Part shown: one piece after another, positions 16,387-24,503 of the stretch
Layout of the letters: each line of letters opens with the position of its first letter
Numbering within the stretch: position 1 is the stretch's first letter
From: Candidatus Omnitrophota bacterium
GTDB lineage: Bacteria > Omnitrophota > Gorgyraeia > Gygaellales > Profunditerraquicolaceae
Direction of reading: 5' to 3'
Assembly (NCBI GenBank): GCA_016938245.1
Contig: JAFGUY010000107.1
Location: 1-29,156, forward strand
DNA length: 29,156 nt
Translations under genes and position numbers: made by a program
The notes under the pieces: model-generated
Database searches by the model: none
The model's input: the letters and a program-made list of their open reading frames with translations, nothing else
Told to the model about the DNA's origin: nothing

Positions 16387-16947
16387 TCATATTCTTTGCA
16401 ATATAATACCTTTCAACCTTTTGACTGCTTGTTTTAAATTAATATTACGCAGAGAATAATCATAATACGCTGCTTGCCTAAGCTCTGCTTCCACAAGCCT
16501 CACCCTACGCTTAACCTCCTCATTTTTCGTCTTAAAAGAACGCCCCTGTATCCTCTTGCGTAGCTCCTGAAGCGACGGGGGAATAACAAAAATAGTTAAC
16601 GTTTCTTTAGGGTACAGCTTTCTCACCCGCTTTGCCCCTCTAAAATCGAGGCAGAGCAGAATATTCTTGCCTTTTTTAAGCGCAGCTTCAACCAGGGCTT
16701 TCTTTGTCCCGTAATAATAACCTAAGTATTTTGTCCACTCAAGTATCTTTCCGCTTCTTTTTAAATCTGTGAACTTTTCCCCGGTTACAAAAAAATAATC
16801 TCTCCCCTCTTTTTCCCCTGTGCGCCTTGGCCGCGTGCATAAAGACACGGACTTAACAAATTTCTTCTTGATAAGCCCGTCCTTAAGGACGCGGTCGCGT
16901 AATGTAGTTTTTCCCGAGCCCGAAGGCCCGGAGAGGATAAAAATCAT
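16387..16947 (-). CDS. gmk: Guanylate kinase
   Basis: LSGPSGSGKTTL, SVSLCTRPRRTGEKEGRDYFFV, LEWTKYLGYYYGT, IFVIPPSLQELRKRI. Confidence 0.95.
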   Translation of the reverse strand: MIFILSGPSGSGKTTLRDRVLKDGLIKKKFVKSVSLCTRPRRTGEKEGRDYFFVTGEKFTDLKRSGKILEWTKYLGYYYGTKKALVEAALKKGKNILLCLDFRGAKRVRKLYPKETLTIFVIPPSLQELRKRIQGRSFKTKNEEVKRRVRLVEAELRQAAYYDYSLRNINLKQAVKRLKGIILQRI

Positions 16948-17771
16948 TCTATGTTCTGCGCCTGTTCCCGAATCTTTTCAATCAAACCTTTAATCTTTAA
17001 AACCTGCGCGGATACCGATACATCAAATGTCTTAGCCGCCAGCGTATTTGCCTCGCGTTGCATCTCCTGAGCGATAAAATCAAGTTCCTTGCCTATCGCC
17101 CCGCTTGCGGTTATTTTACGCTTAAAATTGCTGACGTGGAAACCCAACCTGTCTATCTCCTCTGTAGTATCTGTATCCTTTAAAAATGACGCCCTCTCTT
17201 CGTCGGTAGCAAAACCCTTAAGCCTCTCTTTAAGAGAACCTTTTAATATGCGCCTTATGCTCAAAAGCCGTTCCTTAAGCTCATCTGCCTGCTTCTTTAA
17301 GTATCCCTGCAGAGCAACCCCTTCTTTTTTGCGCGCCTTTGATAAATTATTGACTGCAATCCTCAAAGCTGCTTTTAATCTAGGCCATAGGCTTTGCGCA
17401 GAGAGCTTCTCTTCTTCCAAAGTTAAGACCCCCGGTAGATTAATTAAGGTATCGAAACTTAAATCATTCTGAATTCCTAACTCCTTTTGGGCCTTATGAA
17501 TCTTGTCTATATATTTTTTAAGGAGCCCCTTATTAATAAAAGCATTCCCGTACTTTTTACCGCTTATATTTACTGAACAGACAACTCTACCCCTTTTAAT
17601 CTTATCCTCAATAGCCTTTTTAACTTTCTCTTCGAGAGAAAGCATCCCTTCGGGCAGATGCAAAGAAGCCTCTAAAAACTTATGGTTTGTACTTCTTAAC
17701 TCCACGGATATCTTCCCGTGCCCGCCTAACCCTATTTCCGAGCTGCCAAAACCTGTCATGCTACTAATCAT
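16944..17771 (-). CDS. yicC: YicC/YloC-family endoribonuclease
   Basis: MISSMTGFG, ELRSTNHKFLE, EEIDRL..H, GKELDFIAQEMQREANTLAAK, EKIREQAQNIE. Confidence 0.93.
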   Translation of the reverse strand: MISSMTGFGSSEIGLGGHGKISVELRSTNHKFLEASLHLPEGMLSLEEKVKKAIEDKIKRGRVVCSVNISGKKYGNAFINKGLLKKYIDKIHKAQKELGIQNDLSFDTLINLPGVLTLEEEKLSAQSLWPRLKAALRIAVNNLSKARKKEGVALQGYLKKQADELKERLLSIRRILKGSLKERLKGFATDEERASFLKDTDTTEEIDRLGFHVSNFKRKITASGAIGKELDFIAQEMQREANTLAAKTFDVSVSAQVLKIKGLIEKIREQAQNIE

Positions 17772-17783
17772 GATCTTGCCCTT

Positions 17784-18290
17784 CTACTCTGCCCAAATAT
17801 TTCTTTTAGTCTCTTTCTCAGTAATCTCCTTAACAGGATAAAGCTTAACGATAATCTCATCCGGCAGAAACCACAGTTTAATCTCCCTTTCTGCATCCTG
17901 CTCGTTAGATGAAACGTGAATTACATTTTCATATACGCCGGTTGTAGTGATGCGTCCGTATGAACCGCGGATAGAGGTAGGGTCTGCCTCTTCGGGATTA
18001 GTTGCGCCAGCGAGTTGACGGCATTTACTGATCGCCCCCTGGCCCCAGTAGACTAACGCCATTACCTTTTTACGGTCATGTAAATCCCCTTGTAGATATT
18101 TTATAATATCCCCGAAAAAGGGCTGATCCTTAAGGTGCTGGTAATGCTTCTCGGCTAATGCCTTGGATACGCGTACCATTTTAGCCGCGACAATTTCCAG
18201 CTTTGTCTCGGAGAGCCGAGTTAATATATTGCCGGTGAGTGATTTTTTAAGCCCGTCGGGCTTAATAAGTATTAAAGCTGCCTGATTCAT
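17784..18290 (-). CDS. ndk: Nucleoside diphosphate kinase
   Basis: LILIKPDG, EKHYQHLKDQPFF, GATNPEEADPTSIRG, NVIH.S, AEREIKLWF. Confidence 0.9.
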   Translation of the reverse strand: MNQAALILIKPDGLKKSLTGNILTRLSETKLEIVAAKMVRVSKALAEKHYQHLKDQPFFGDIIKYLQGDLHDRKKVMALVYWGQGAISKCRQLAGATNPEEADPTSIRGSYGRITTTGVYENVIHVSSNEQDAEREIKLWFLPDEIIVKLYPVKEITEKETKRNIWAE

Positions 18291-19141
18291 TATCTTTTAC
18301 CTCCCCTGATTACATTCGCAATCCTCTCTAAATCTTCCTGGGAATAAAATTCAATAAAGATGTGCCCGCGCTTTTTCATTTTGCTGATTCTTACCTTTGT
18401 AGACAAAGTGGTTTGCAACTCTTCTTCCAAAGCTGCGATGTAAGGCTCGCGCTGAAGATGAATACTTCTACACCTTATGCCCTTTGGCCGGCTTGCCTTA
18501 ATTAAATTCTCGAGCTCCCTGACTGATAGACCCTTGGCTATAACTTCCTGCGTAAGCCTGCGTTGCCGGTTTGCGTCCTCTACCTCTAACAACACCCTGC
18601 CATGAGCAAAAGATATACGCCCCTTCTTCATCTCTTCCTGAATTTCATGAGGAAGTTTTAATAGCCTTAAGGTATTAGCAATGGTAGCACGCGCTTTTCC
18701 CAAACCCTCGCTAATTTTCTCTTGAGTAACCTGAAATTTATCAATAAGATGTTGATAGGCATGCGCCTCTTCAATCGGATTTAAACTCTCTCTCTGGATA
18801 TTTTCAATTAATGCATATTCCAAGGAATCTTTATCATCAACATCTTTAACTATTATCGGTATGTCATTGAGCCCCAGAGAGTTACATGCACGCAACCTTC
18901 TCTCTCCGGCAATAAGTTCATAATAATCCCCCTTGTTTCTAACTAAGAGCGGTTGTATAACCCCCTTCTCTTTAATTGATCGAGCGAGCTCCTCAATAGT
19001 GCCGGGGTCAAAATCTTCTCTAGGCTGAAAAGGGTTTGGACGGATCTGCCCAGTTTGGACATAAATAATTTCGCTTTTAGACCCTTGTACCTTTTCAGGA
19101 ATCAATGCCCCTATCCCTTTTCCTAAGGCTTTTCTCTCCAT
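18290..19141 (-). CDS. parB: Chromosome partitioning protein ParB/Spo0J
   Basis: ALGKGIGALIP, NPFQPR, GVIQPLLVR, ELIAGERRLRA, LIENIQRESLNPIEEA, HTH with RATIANTLRLL. Confidence 0.96.
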   Translation of the reverse strand: MERKALGKGIGALIPEKVQGSKSEIIYVQTGQIRPNPFQPREDFDPGTIEELARSIKEKGVIQPLLVRNKGDYYELIAGERRLRACNSLGLNDIPIIVKDVDDKDSLEYALIENIQRESLNPIEEAHAYQHLIDKFQVTQEKISEGLGKARATIANTLRLLKLPHEIQEEMKKGRISFAHGRVLLEVEDANRQRRLTQEVIAKGLSVRELENLIKASRPKGIRCRSIHLQREPYIAALEEELQTTLSTKVRISKMKKRGHIFIEFYSQEDLERIANVIRGGKR

Positions 19142-19938
19142 TAAGACTCTCCTTCTGCTTTAACCGCACTGGAACTTAAAGGTAACCCTAAAATTTCCCG
19201 GCAAAGCTCCTCATATTTCTGCGCCCCTAAAGAATCTTTATCATAAAGAAAAATAGGCTTGCCAAAACTCGGGGCTTCGGTTAATCTTATGTTGCGCGGG
19301 ATGACTGTTTTATAAACCTTGTCTTTAAAGTGATTTCGCGCTTCCTGAATCACCTCTTTTGTTAAATTAGTCCTGTAATCCGCCATAGTAAGAAGCACAC
19401 CCTCAATAACCAAGCTTGGGTTAATATTGTCTCTGACAAGCCTAACGGTGTTATTAAGTTGCGTCAGCCCTTCCAGGGCGTAATATTCGCACTGCACAGG
19501 AATTATTACTGAATCTGCGGCGCATAGGCCATTAATGGTTAAAAGGCCCAATGACGGCGGAGAGTCAATGATAATGAAGTCAAATTCCGGCCTTATTTTT
19601 TCAAGCGCCCTCTTAAGGCGATACTCCCTGCCAAGGGACCCGACTAGTTCTACTTCGGCCCCGGTTAAATCTAAATTAGATGGTGCGATAAAAAGATTGG
19701 GTATGTTGGTGGACTGTAAGATATCTTTAATGTCAAGCTCTTCCAGTAGAACATGGTAAGTACTTTTAAGAATACTGTGTTTATTTAAACCGATGCCGGA
19801 AGTTGCATTTGCCTGAGGATCTAAATCTATAAGCAAAACCTTCTTTCCGGCCACAGCAAGAAAAACAGCAATATTAATTGCTGATGTAGTTTTACCTACT
19901 CCACCCTTTTGATTACAGATTACAATTACTTTACTCAT
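19141..19938 (-). CDS. parA: Chromosome partitioning ATPase ParA/Soj
   Basis: NQKGGVGKTT, LIDLDPQANAT, IIIDSPPSLG, IPVQCEYYALEG, IPRNIRLTEAPSFG. Confidence 0.96.
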   Translation of the reverse strand: MSKVIVICNQKGGVGKTTSAINIAVFLAVAGKKVLLIDLDPQANATSGIGLNKHSILKSTYHVLLEELDIKDILQSTNIPNLFIAPSNLDLTGAEVELVGSLGREYRLKRALEKIRPEFDFIIIDSPPSLGLLTINGLCAADSVIIPVQCEYYALEGLTQLNNTVRLVRDNINPSLVIEGVLLTMADYRTNLTKEVIQEARNHFKDKVYKTVIPRNIRLTEAPSFGKPIFLYDKDSLGAQKYEELCREILGLPLSSSAVKAEGES

Positions 19939-20387
19939 TATCTTTTATGCACCTTAAAAGCCCTGCTTTGTAAATTTAAACTAGAAAGTTTTTCTGCTAA
20001 AGAACGCAAGGGTTCATAATCTGTGCCTCGATAATTCTTTAATTTATACAATACCATCTTCCGCCAGACATTATAAACCTCTAATTTCTTTTTGCTCTGT
20101 AGGGGATATTTATCAAAATGCTCAATGACCCTCTTAAGCGCGTTAATTTTTGTTACCCTGTAATATGCGGCTGGCTGAGAAAACCCACTCTTAGGAGAAC
20201 CTTTGGATTCTTTTTGGTAATATATATTGCCTAGATAATCAAAGAACTCTCTGATTTCTTCAACTATTTGACGGTTATCTTCCCTTTGCTTAACTCCAAA
20301 ATATAAAGCGAAACTCCCACCGTTTCTACTATAAGTAAACGCCGCTTCTCCATCGCAGAAACCTGTTACATACCAAGGACTTAGCAT
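19938..20387 (-). mobile_element. Free-standing single-motif LAGLIDADG homing-endonuclease-like gene
   Basis: PWYVTGFCDGEAAF motif, VKQREDN.QIVEEIREFF..GNIY, VIEHFDKYPLQSKK, typical of single-motif LAGLIDADG proteins. Its stop overlaps the parA start (TAATG). Confidence 0.85.
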
Positions 20388-20407
20388 ATATATTCTTGAC
20401 TTATAAA

Positions 20408-20438
20408 TGTTCCAATCCGAACATTTTCACGCGGAACA
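20408..20438. promoter_or_regulatory. Two tandem degenerate parS-like sites
   Basis: TGTTCCAATCCGAACA (20408-20423, 12/16 versus TGTTCCACGTGGAACA) and ATTTTCACGCGGAACA (20423-20438, 13/16 versus TGTTTCACGTGGAACA), upstream of parAB. Confidence 0.55.
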
Positions 20439-20459
20439 TTCTTATTCCTACTATCAACT

Positions 20460-20487
20460 ATTATCTTAAATCTACCGAGATTGTCAA
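20460..20487 (-). promoter_or_regulatory. Putative promoter for the LAGLIDADG-parA-parB transcript
   Basis: TTGACA-N16-GATAAT. Confidence 0.5.
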
Positions 20488-20684
20488 GTGTTTTTTGTCT
20501 CCCCTAAGACACTTACACGTACTTTTGCTAACTTTGCTCCGGGCATACCAAAGAGGCCTTTTGCTTCTTCAGAAATAACCTCTATCTTTACCTTCTTACG
20601 GGGTAATTGCAACTTTATCAGGGCTTGTTTAATAGCTTCTTCTACAGTCTTCCCCTCTACTTCAATAGCCTTATTAATCTTCAT
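20484..20684 (-). CDS. jag: Jag/EloR N-terminal domain-only protein
   Basis: IEVEGKTVEEAIKQAL..L..IEVISEEAKGLFG..AKVRV is the Jag_N signature, directly after yidC (ATGA overlap). KH and R3H domains are absent. Confidence 0.75.
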   Translation of the reverse strand: MKINKAIEVEGKTVEEAIKQALIKLQLPRKKVKIEVISEEAKGLFGMPGAKLAKVRVSVLGETKNT

Positions 20685-22207
20685 TTTGCCCTATTCATGC
20701 GCAGTTGGAAAATAAGCATAAGCATGCTATTAACAAACCAGTACAGGACTAATCCTGATGGCATACGGTAGAAAATCAAGCCGAACATAACCGGCATGAC
20801 AATAAGCATTATCTTCTGCTGTTCAGCTGCAGCGCTGCCAGTAGATACCGCAGATATCTTCTGTTGCACAAACATTCCTATAGCCATAATTATAGGTAGT
20901 ATATTTAATTCATGCCCTATTATCGGCAAATTAGGCCAACCCTCAGGAAATACCCATAAACGATCAGGTTCAGATAAATCCCTGATCCAAAGGAATCGTG
21001 CTCCCTTTAATACTATAGAACGCATTAACGCGTTATAAAGCGCAAAAAAGATGGGCATCTGCAGCAACAGCGGTAAACAGCCTCCTAGTGGGTTAACCTT
21101 ATGCTCTTTATAAAGCTCCATAATCTCTTTATTCATCTTTTGCGGGTTATCCTTATAAGTCTTTCTTAATGCCTCTACTTTAGGCTGTAAAGCTTGCATT
21201 TCTTTCATTGAGCGCATCTGTTTTAAGGAAAGCGGGTATAAAATAAGGTAAACTACGAGGCTTAACAAAACAATAGCTAACCCCCAGTTATGAACTAGGT
21301 TATATATAAATCCAAGAATTTGTAAAAGTATTTGCGATATGAAATCAAAAGTTCCATAGTGTATAATACCTGCCCATGCAGGATTATTTTTATTTAAGAT
21401 ATTAATGTCTTGCGGGCCAATATATATATGATATAAATGTCCAATCTGCTCACTCGGTAATAAAAGTTCTTTTTGGACATTTAATCCTAGCTCTGTTTCA
21501 TAATTATTAATTTTATTGACAAAGCCCTGATGTAGGCCCGAATCAGGTTCTACAATCGCAGCAAAATATTGGTCTCGTAAACCTAAAAATTTCACTCCTT
21601 CTAATTGCGTATTCTTGCGCGCATTAATATGCGCAACCTTATCTTGCGTAGCTATAGTTATATCCTGGTACCGCGCCTGTTGATTGCCGGATGAAAAATC
21701 CAAAGCTCCCAATAAAAGGGGAAGATTTATGGTAACGGGATTAGATGAAGTATTTTGAATCTTTATTGCTAACTCCATGGTATAATTAGAGTTGTGAAAG
21801 GTAAACTTTTTGCTAATCCTTTTCCCCGGAGTAACAGCGCTAAAACTTATACTATCGCCTGTCATTTGATCCTTTTTAAAAATAAGGGTTGGGTCTTTCA
21901 ACAGGCAACCATATTTTAGGGGAAGCTTGTAATTATTATAAGATAGAAAGACTACCTCTTTGATTGCTGCGGGCGATTCATCAAAAACAACTTCTAGGTT
22001 ATCCTGGCTATATGTAATAAGCTTTTCTGGGGCTACAGGAAGAGGTTGAGTAACAACAGGAGTAGGCAGAGTAACGGGCTGGGACGATGAATCGGCCTTA
22101 GTTATAACATCTTGCGGCGCAATATGTTGCGGTTTAGGCATCAACGCTGACCAACCCAGTAATACCAAAATAGATAATGCAATTGCTAAGACTAAACGTT
22201 TCTCCAT
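20681..22207 (-). CDS. yidC: Membrane protein insertase YidC
   Basis: MEKRLVLAIALS N-terminal TM, periplasmic domain, NWGLAIVLL, MKEMQALQPK, YKEHKVNPLGGCLPLLLQMPIF, LWIRDLSEPD, PSGLVLYW. Start moved to ATG 22207, just after the yidD stop. Confidence 0.95.
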   Translation of the reverse strand: MEKRLVLAIALSILVLLGWSALMPKPQHIAPQDVITKADSSSQPVTLPTPVVTQPLPVAPEKLITYSQDNLEVVFDESPAAIKEVVFLSYNNYKLPLKYGCLLKDPTLIFKKDQMTGDSISFSAVTPGKRISKKFTFHNSNYTMELAIKIQNTSSNPVTINLPLLLGALDFSSGNQQARYQDITIATQDKVAHINARKNTQLEGVKFLGLRDQYFAAIVEPDSGLHQGFVNKINNYETELGLNVQKELLLPSEQIGHLYHIYIGPQDINILNKNNPAWAGIIHYGTFDFISQILLQILGFIYNLVHNWGLAIVLLSLVVYLILYPLSLKQMRSMKEMQALQPKVEALRKTYKDNPQKMNKEIMELYKEHKVNPLGGCLPLLLQMPIFFALYNALMRSIVLKGARFLWIRDLSEPDRLWVFPEGWPNLPIIGHELNILPIIMAIGMFVQQKISAVSTGSAAAEQQKIMLIVMPVMFGLIFYRMPSGLVLYWFVNSMLMLIFQLRMNRAK

Positions 22208-22209
22208 AA

Positions 22210-22425
22210 TTAATCTAAAGGATCGTACCCAAACCTCCCGGAAAAGGGATGGCATGCGGATATTCTCCTGGCTCCTTTTAAGCTTCCTTTTAATAATCCA
22301 TATTTTTCTATGGCCTGCTTTACATATTCTGAGCAGCTTGGCACAAAACGGCAGGACGGTGGCAGCACCCGTCGAACATAGGCCTGGTATCCTTTAATTA
22401 ACAATACGGCGATTCTCTTAAGCAT
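22210..22425 (-). CDS. yidD: Membrane protein insertion efficiency factor YidD
   Basis: CRFVPSCSEY..AIEKYG..KG..RISACHPF..GYDP. Confidence 0.93.
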   Translation of the reverse strand: MLKRIAVLLIKGYQAYVRRVLPPSCRFVPSCSEYVKQAIEKYGLLKGSLKGARRISACHPFSGRFGYDPLD

Positions 22426-22562
22426 TAACGGCAGAGGCTTTTTCTGCCCTTGCGCCTGCGCCGGGCTAGCAGCTTACGACCGTTGCGGGTAGCCATCTTG
22501 TTGCGGAACCCATGCTTTCTCTTGCCGACAACGTTTGTCGGAGTCTTAAGATTTTTCTTCAT
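22425..22562 (-). CDS. rpmH: 50S ribosomal protein L34 (missing from ORF track)
   Basis: Hand translation: [45 protein letters not shown] (45 aa). Its stop overlaps the yidD ATG (TAATG). Confidence 0.95.
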   Translation of the reverse strand: MKKNLKTPTNVVGKRKHGFRNKMATRNGRKLLARRRRKGRKSLCR

Positions 22563-22605
22563 CTTTCTATCCTTAAAAATACGTTTCTTTTAATAATGGT
22601 TGATA

Positions 22606-22633
22606 ATTATAACATAAAAAGGCAGCCCGTCAA
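22606..22633 (-). promoter_or_regulatory. Promoter of the rpmH-yidD-yidC operon
   Basis: TTGACG-N16-TATAAT with TGn extension. Confidence 0.7.
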
Positions 22634-22658
22634 TGAGTAATTTAACTTGTCTTAAGCG

Positions 22659-22688
22659 TTATACACAATTAGGCGTTGGTTATCCACA
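22659..22688 (+). promoter_or_regulatory. DnaA boxes
   Basis: TTATACACA (22659-22667) and TTATCCACA (22680-22688), both matching TTWTNCACA. Confidence 0.8.
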
Positions 22689-22802
22689 GCATCGTCGGAA
22701 AAACCATTTTGTACCCGGCCCTGGCTTAGCAGGCTTCTCCTAAAGATTGTTTTATGGTCCTTAAAAGCATGCTAAGGCATACGACCAGTTGAGTTATTTT
22801 TA

Positions 22803-22830
22803 TTGACGTTCAATAAAATTATTGTATAAT
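22803..22830 (+). promoter_or_regulatory. dnaA promoter candidate (distal)
   Basis: TTGACG-N16-TATAAT. Confidence 0.65.
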
Positions 22831-22852
22831 AGCTAACGTTTATCTTTTTTAC

Positions 22853-22880
22853 TTGCAACTAGGTTTGTTTCTGATATAAT
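22853..22880 (+). promoter_or_regulatory. dnaA promoter candidate (proximal)
   Basis: TTGCAA-N16-TATAAT with TGn extension. Confidence 0.6.
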
Positions 22881-22979
22881 TATCCTGTGACTTGGGCAAA
22901 GGAAGAGACACCCCCGGGCTGATTGCATAATTAATGTTCAATTAGCGTATATAAAAATCCTATAGTATGGAGTAAGTTA

Positions 22980-23010
22980 TTATCCACAGATTTATTCAAG
23001 GTGTGAATAA
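22980..23010. promoter_or_regulatory. Inverted pair of DnaA boxes just upstream of dnaA
   Basis: TTATCCACA (22980-22988) and TGTGAATAA (23002-23010, TTATTCACA on the minus strand). Confidence 0.8.
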
Positions 23011-23028
23011 ACTGTTAATAACACTAAA

Positions 23029-24366
23029 ATGGGCGACTTAACATTAGCCTGGGAGCAGGCACGGGCAAAAATAAAAGGCCAGCTTGACGCAACGGCATTT
23101 GAAACGTGGATATTGCCACTCATAGCCAATATCGAGAGCCAAAATGCCATAACTCTTGAGGCCCCGGATAATTTCTTCAGGGATTGGATCCAAAAAAATT
23201 ACCGGAAAACTATTGAGGACGCAGTACAATCTTTCAGTTCCCCCGCAATCACTATCAACATATCAACAGCACTACGGCAGCCTAATGTGCCGGCAAAAGA
23301 AGAGCCTAATAACGTATTTATGCCCGACCGGGGAAGCCAATACGGAGTCAATTTGAACAGCCGCTATACCTTTGAAAATTTTGTTATCGGTTCTTCTAAC
23401 CGCCACGCGCATGCTTATTCTGTAGCAGTCGCTGAAGCTCCAGCAAAAACCTATAACCCTTTGTTTATCTATGGCGGCGTAGGATTAGGCAAAACCCACC
23501 TTATACAAGCCATATGCCATAAAATTAAGGCCAATACTTCTACAAAACTCAAAATCGCTTATTTACCCTCTGAACAATTTACTAATGAATTAATCAATGC
23601 CATACAACGCCACTCAACCGCGGCTTTTAGGCAGAAATATAGAAATACCGATATTTTGGTAATAGATGACGTACATTTCTTCGGCGGTAAAGATTCCACG
23701 CAAGAAGAATTTTTTCATACCTTTAATACCCTTTATGATGCGCATAAACAAATCATTCTGTCGTCGGACAGGCCCCCTAAAGAAATAGTGGACCTGCAAG
23801 AAAGGCTAGTTTCACGTTTTGGGTGGGGTTTAACCACAGATATCCAGCCCCCGGACATAGAGACGCGCGTTGCGATATTAAAGAAGAAGATTGAAAGAGA
23901 GCCTGTTGTGGTGCCGGATGACGTAATATTTTTTATCGCTCAATTAATTAAAACCAACATAAGGGAATTAGAGGGCGCATTGGTAAGAATCATGGCATAC
24001 TCATTAATGGAAGAGCGGCCCATAACAATAGATTTAACCAAAGAGGTTTTGAGAGACCTGTTAAAAGAGCCTAAAAAACTTATCACTGTTGACTTGATCC
24101 AACGCTATACAGCAGAAGAATTTGGTGTTTCTTTGGGGGACCTCAAAACCAGAAGGCGCAATAAAACCATAGTATTGCCCAGACAGGTGGCTATGTATTT
24201 AAGCCGGGAGTTAACAGACCTTTCTCTGCCCGAGATAGGGCAATTTTTCGGGGGCAAAGACCACACAACGGTTTTACACTCCTATAATAAAATTAAGGAG
24301 GCGATTGTTAAAAACCCTTCTTTAAATGAAAAAGTAGTGCGTATTATGCACATTATAAAACAATAA
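23029..24366 (+). CDS. dnaA: Chromosomal replication initiator DnaA
   Basis: [75 protein letters not shown]. Confidence 0.98.
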   Translation: MGDLTLAWEQARAKIKGQLDATAFETWILPLIANIESQNAITLEAPDNFFRDWIQKNYRKTIEDAVQSFSSPAITINISTALRQPNVPAKEEPNNVFMPDRGSQYGVNLNSRYTFENFVIGSSNRHAHAYSVAVAEAPAKTYNPLFIYGGVGLGKTHLIQAICHKIKANTSTKLKIAYLPSEQFTNELINAIQRHSTAAFRQKYRNTDILVIDDVHFFGGKDSTQEEFFHTFNTLYDAHKQIILSSDRPPKEIVDLQERLVSRFGWGLTTDIQPPDIETRVAILKKKIEREPVVVPDDVIFFIAQLIKTNIRELEGALVRIMAYSLMEERPITIDLTKEVLRDLLKEPKKLITVDLIQRYTAEEFGVSLGDLKTRRRNKTIVLPRQVAMYLSRELTDLSLPEIGQFFGGKDHTTVLHSYNKIKEAIVKNPSLNEKVVRIMHIIKQ

Positions 24367-24429
24367 ATTCAAGGGTTATACAAGGCGGTTTTTTGTCTTA
24401 ATTATCTGGCTTTATAGTATATTATGAGG

Positions 24430-24490
24430 TTGTGCACAGAAACACGGGTTATTACTATTACTACTTTTTAATATTTTATATAATAAATAG
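24430..24490 (+). other. oriC basal unwinding system (DnaA box, GC cluster, DnaA-trios, AT-rich tract)
   Basis: TTGTGCACA (24430-24438), CACGGG, TTATTACTATTACTACT (24449-24465; TAG/TAA trinucleotides on the other strand), then TTTTAATATTTTATATAATAAAT. Same order as B. subtilis oriC. Gene orientation flips around this locus. Confidence 0.75.
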
Positions 24491-24503
24491 TAAGGAGATC
24501 AAA

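Noticed and set aside
22208-22255. Longer start for YidC (MPSLFREVW...)
   Set aside because: It overlaps yidD; the typical MEKRL start lies 2 nt after the yidD stop.
22758-22778. Imperfect palindrome CCTTAAAAGCATGCTAAGG upstream of dnaA promoters
   Set aside because: Single, imperfect, and without a recognisable regulator motif.
24432-24503. ORF-track GTG start extending DnaN by MHRNTGYYYYYF...
   Set aside because: The extension is the translated DnaA box and trio array of oriC. ATG 24504 has a proper AAGGAG site.
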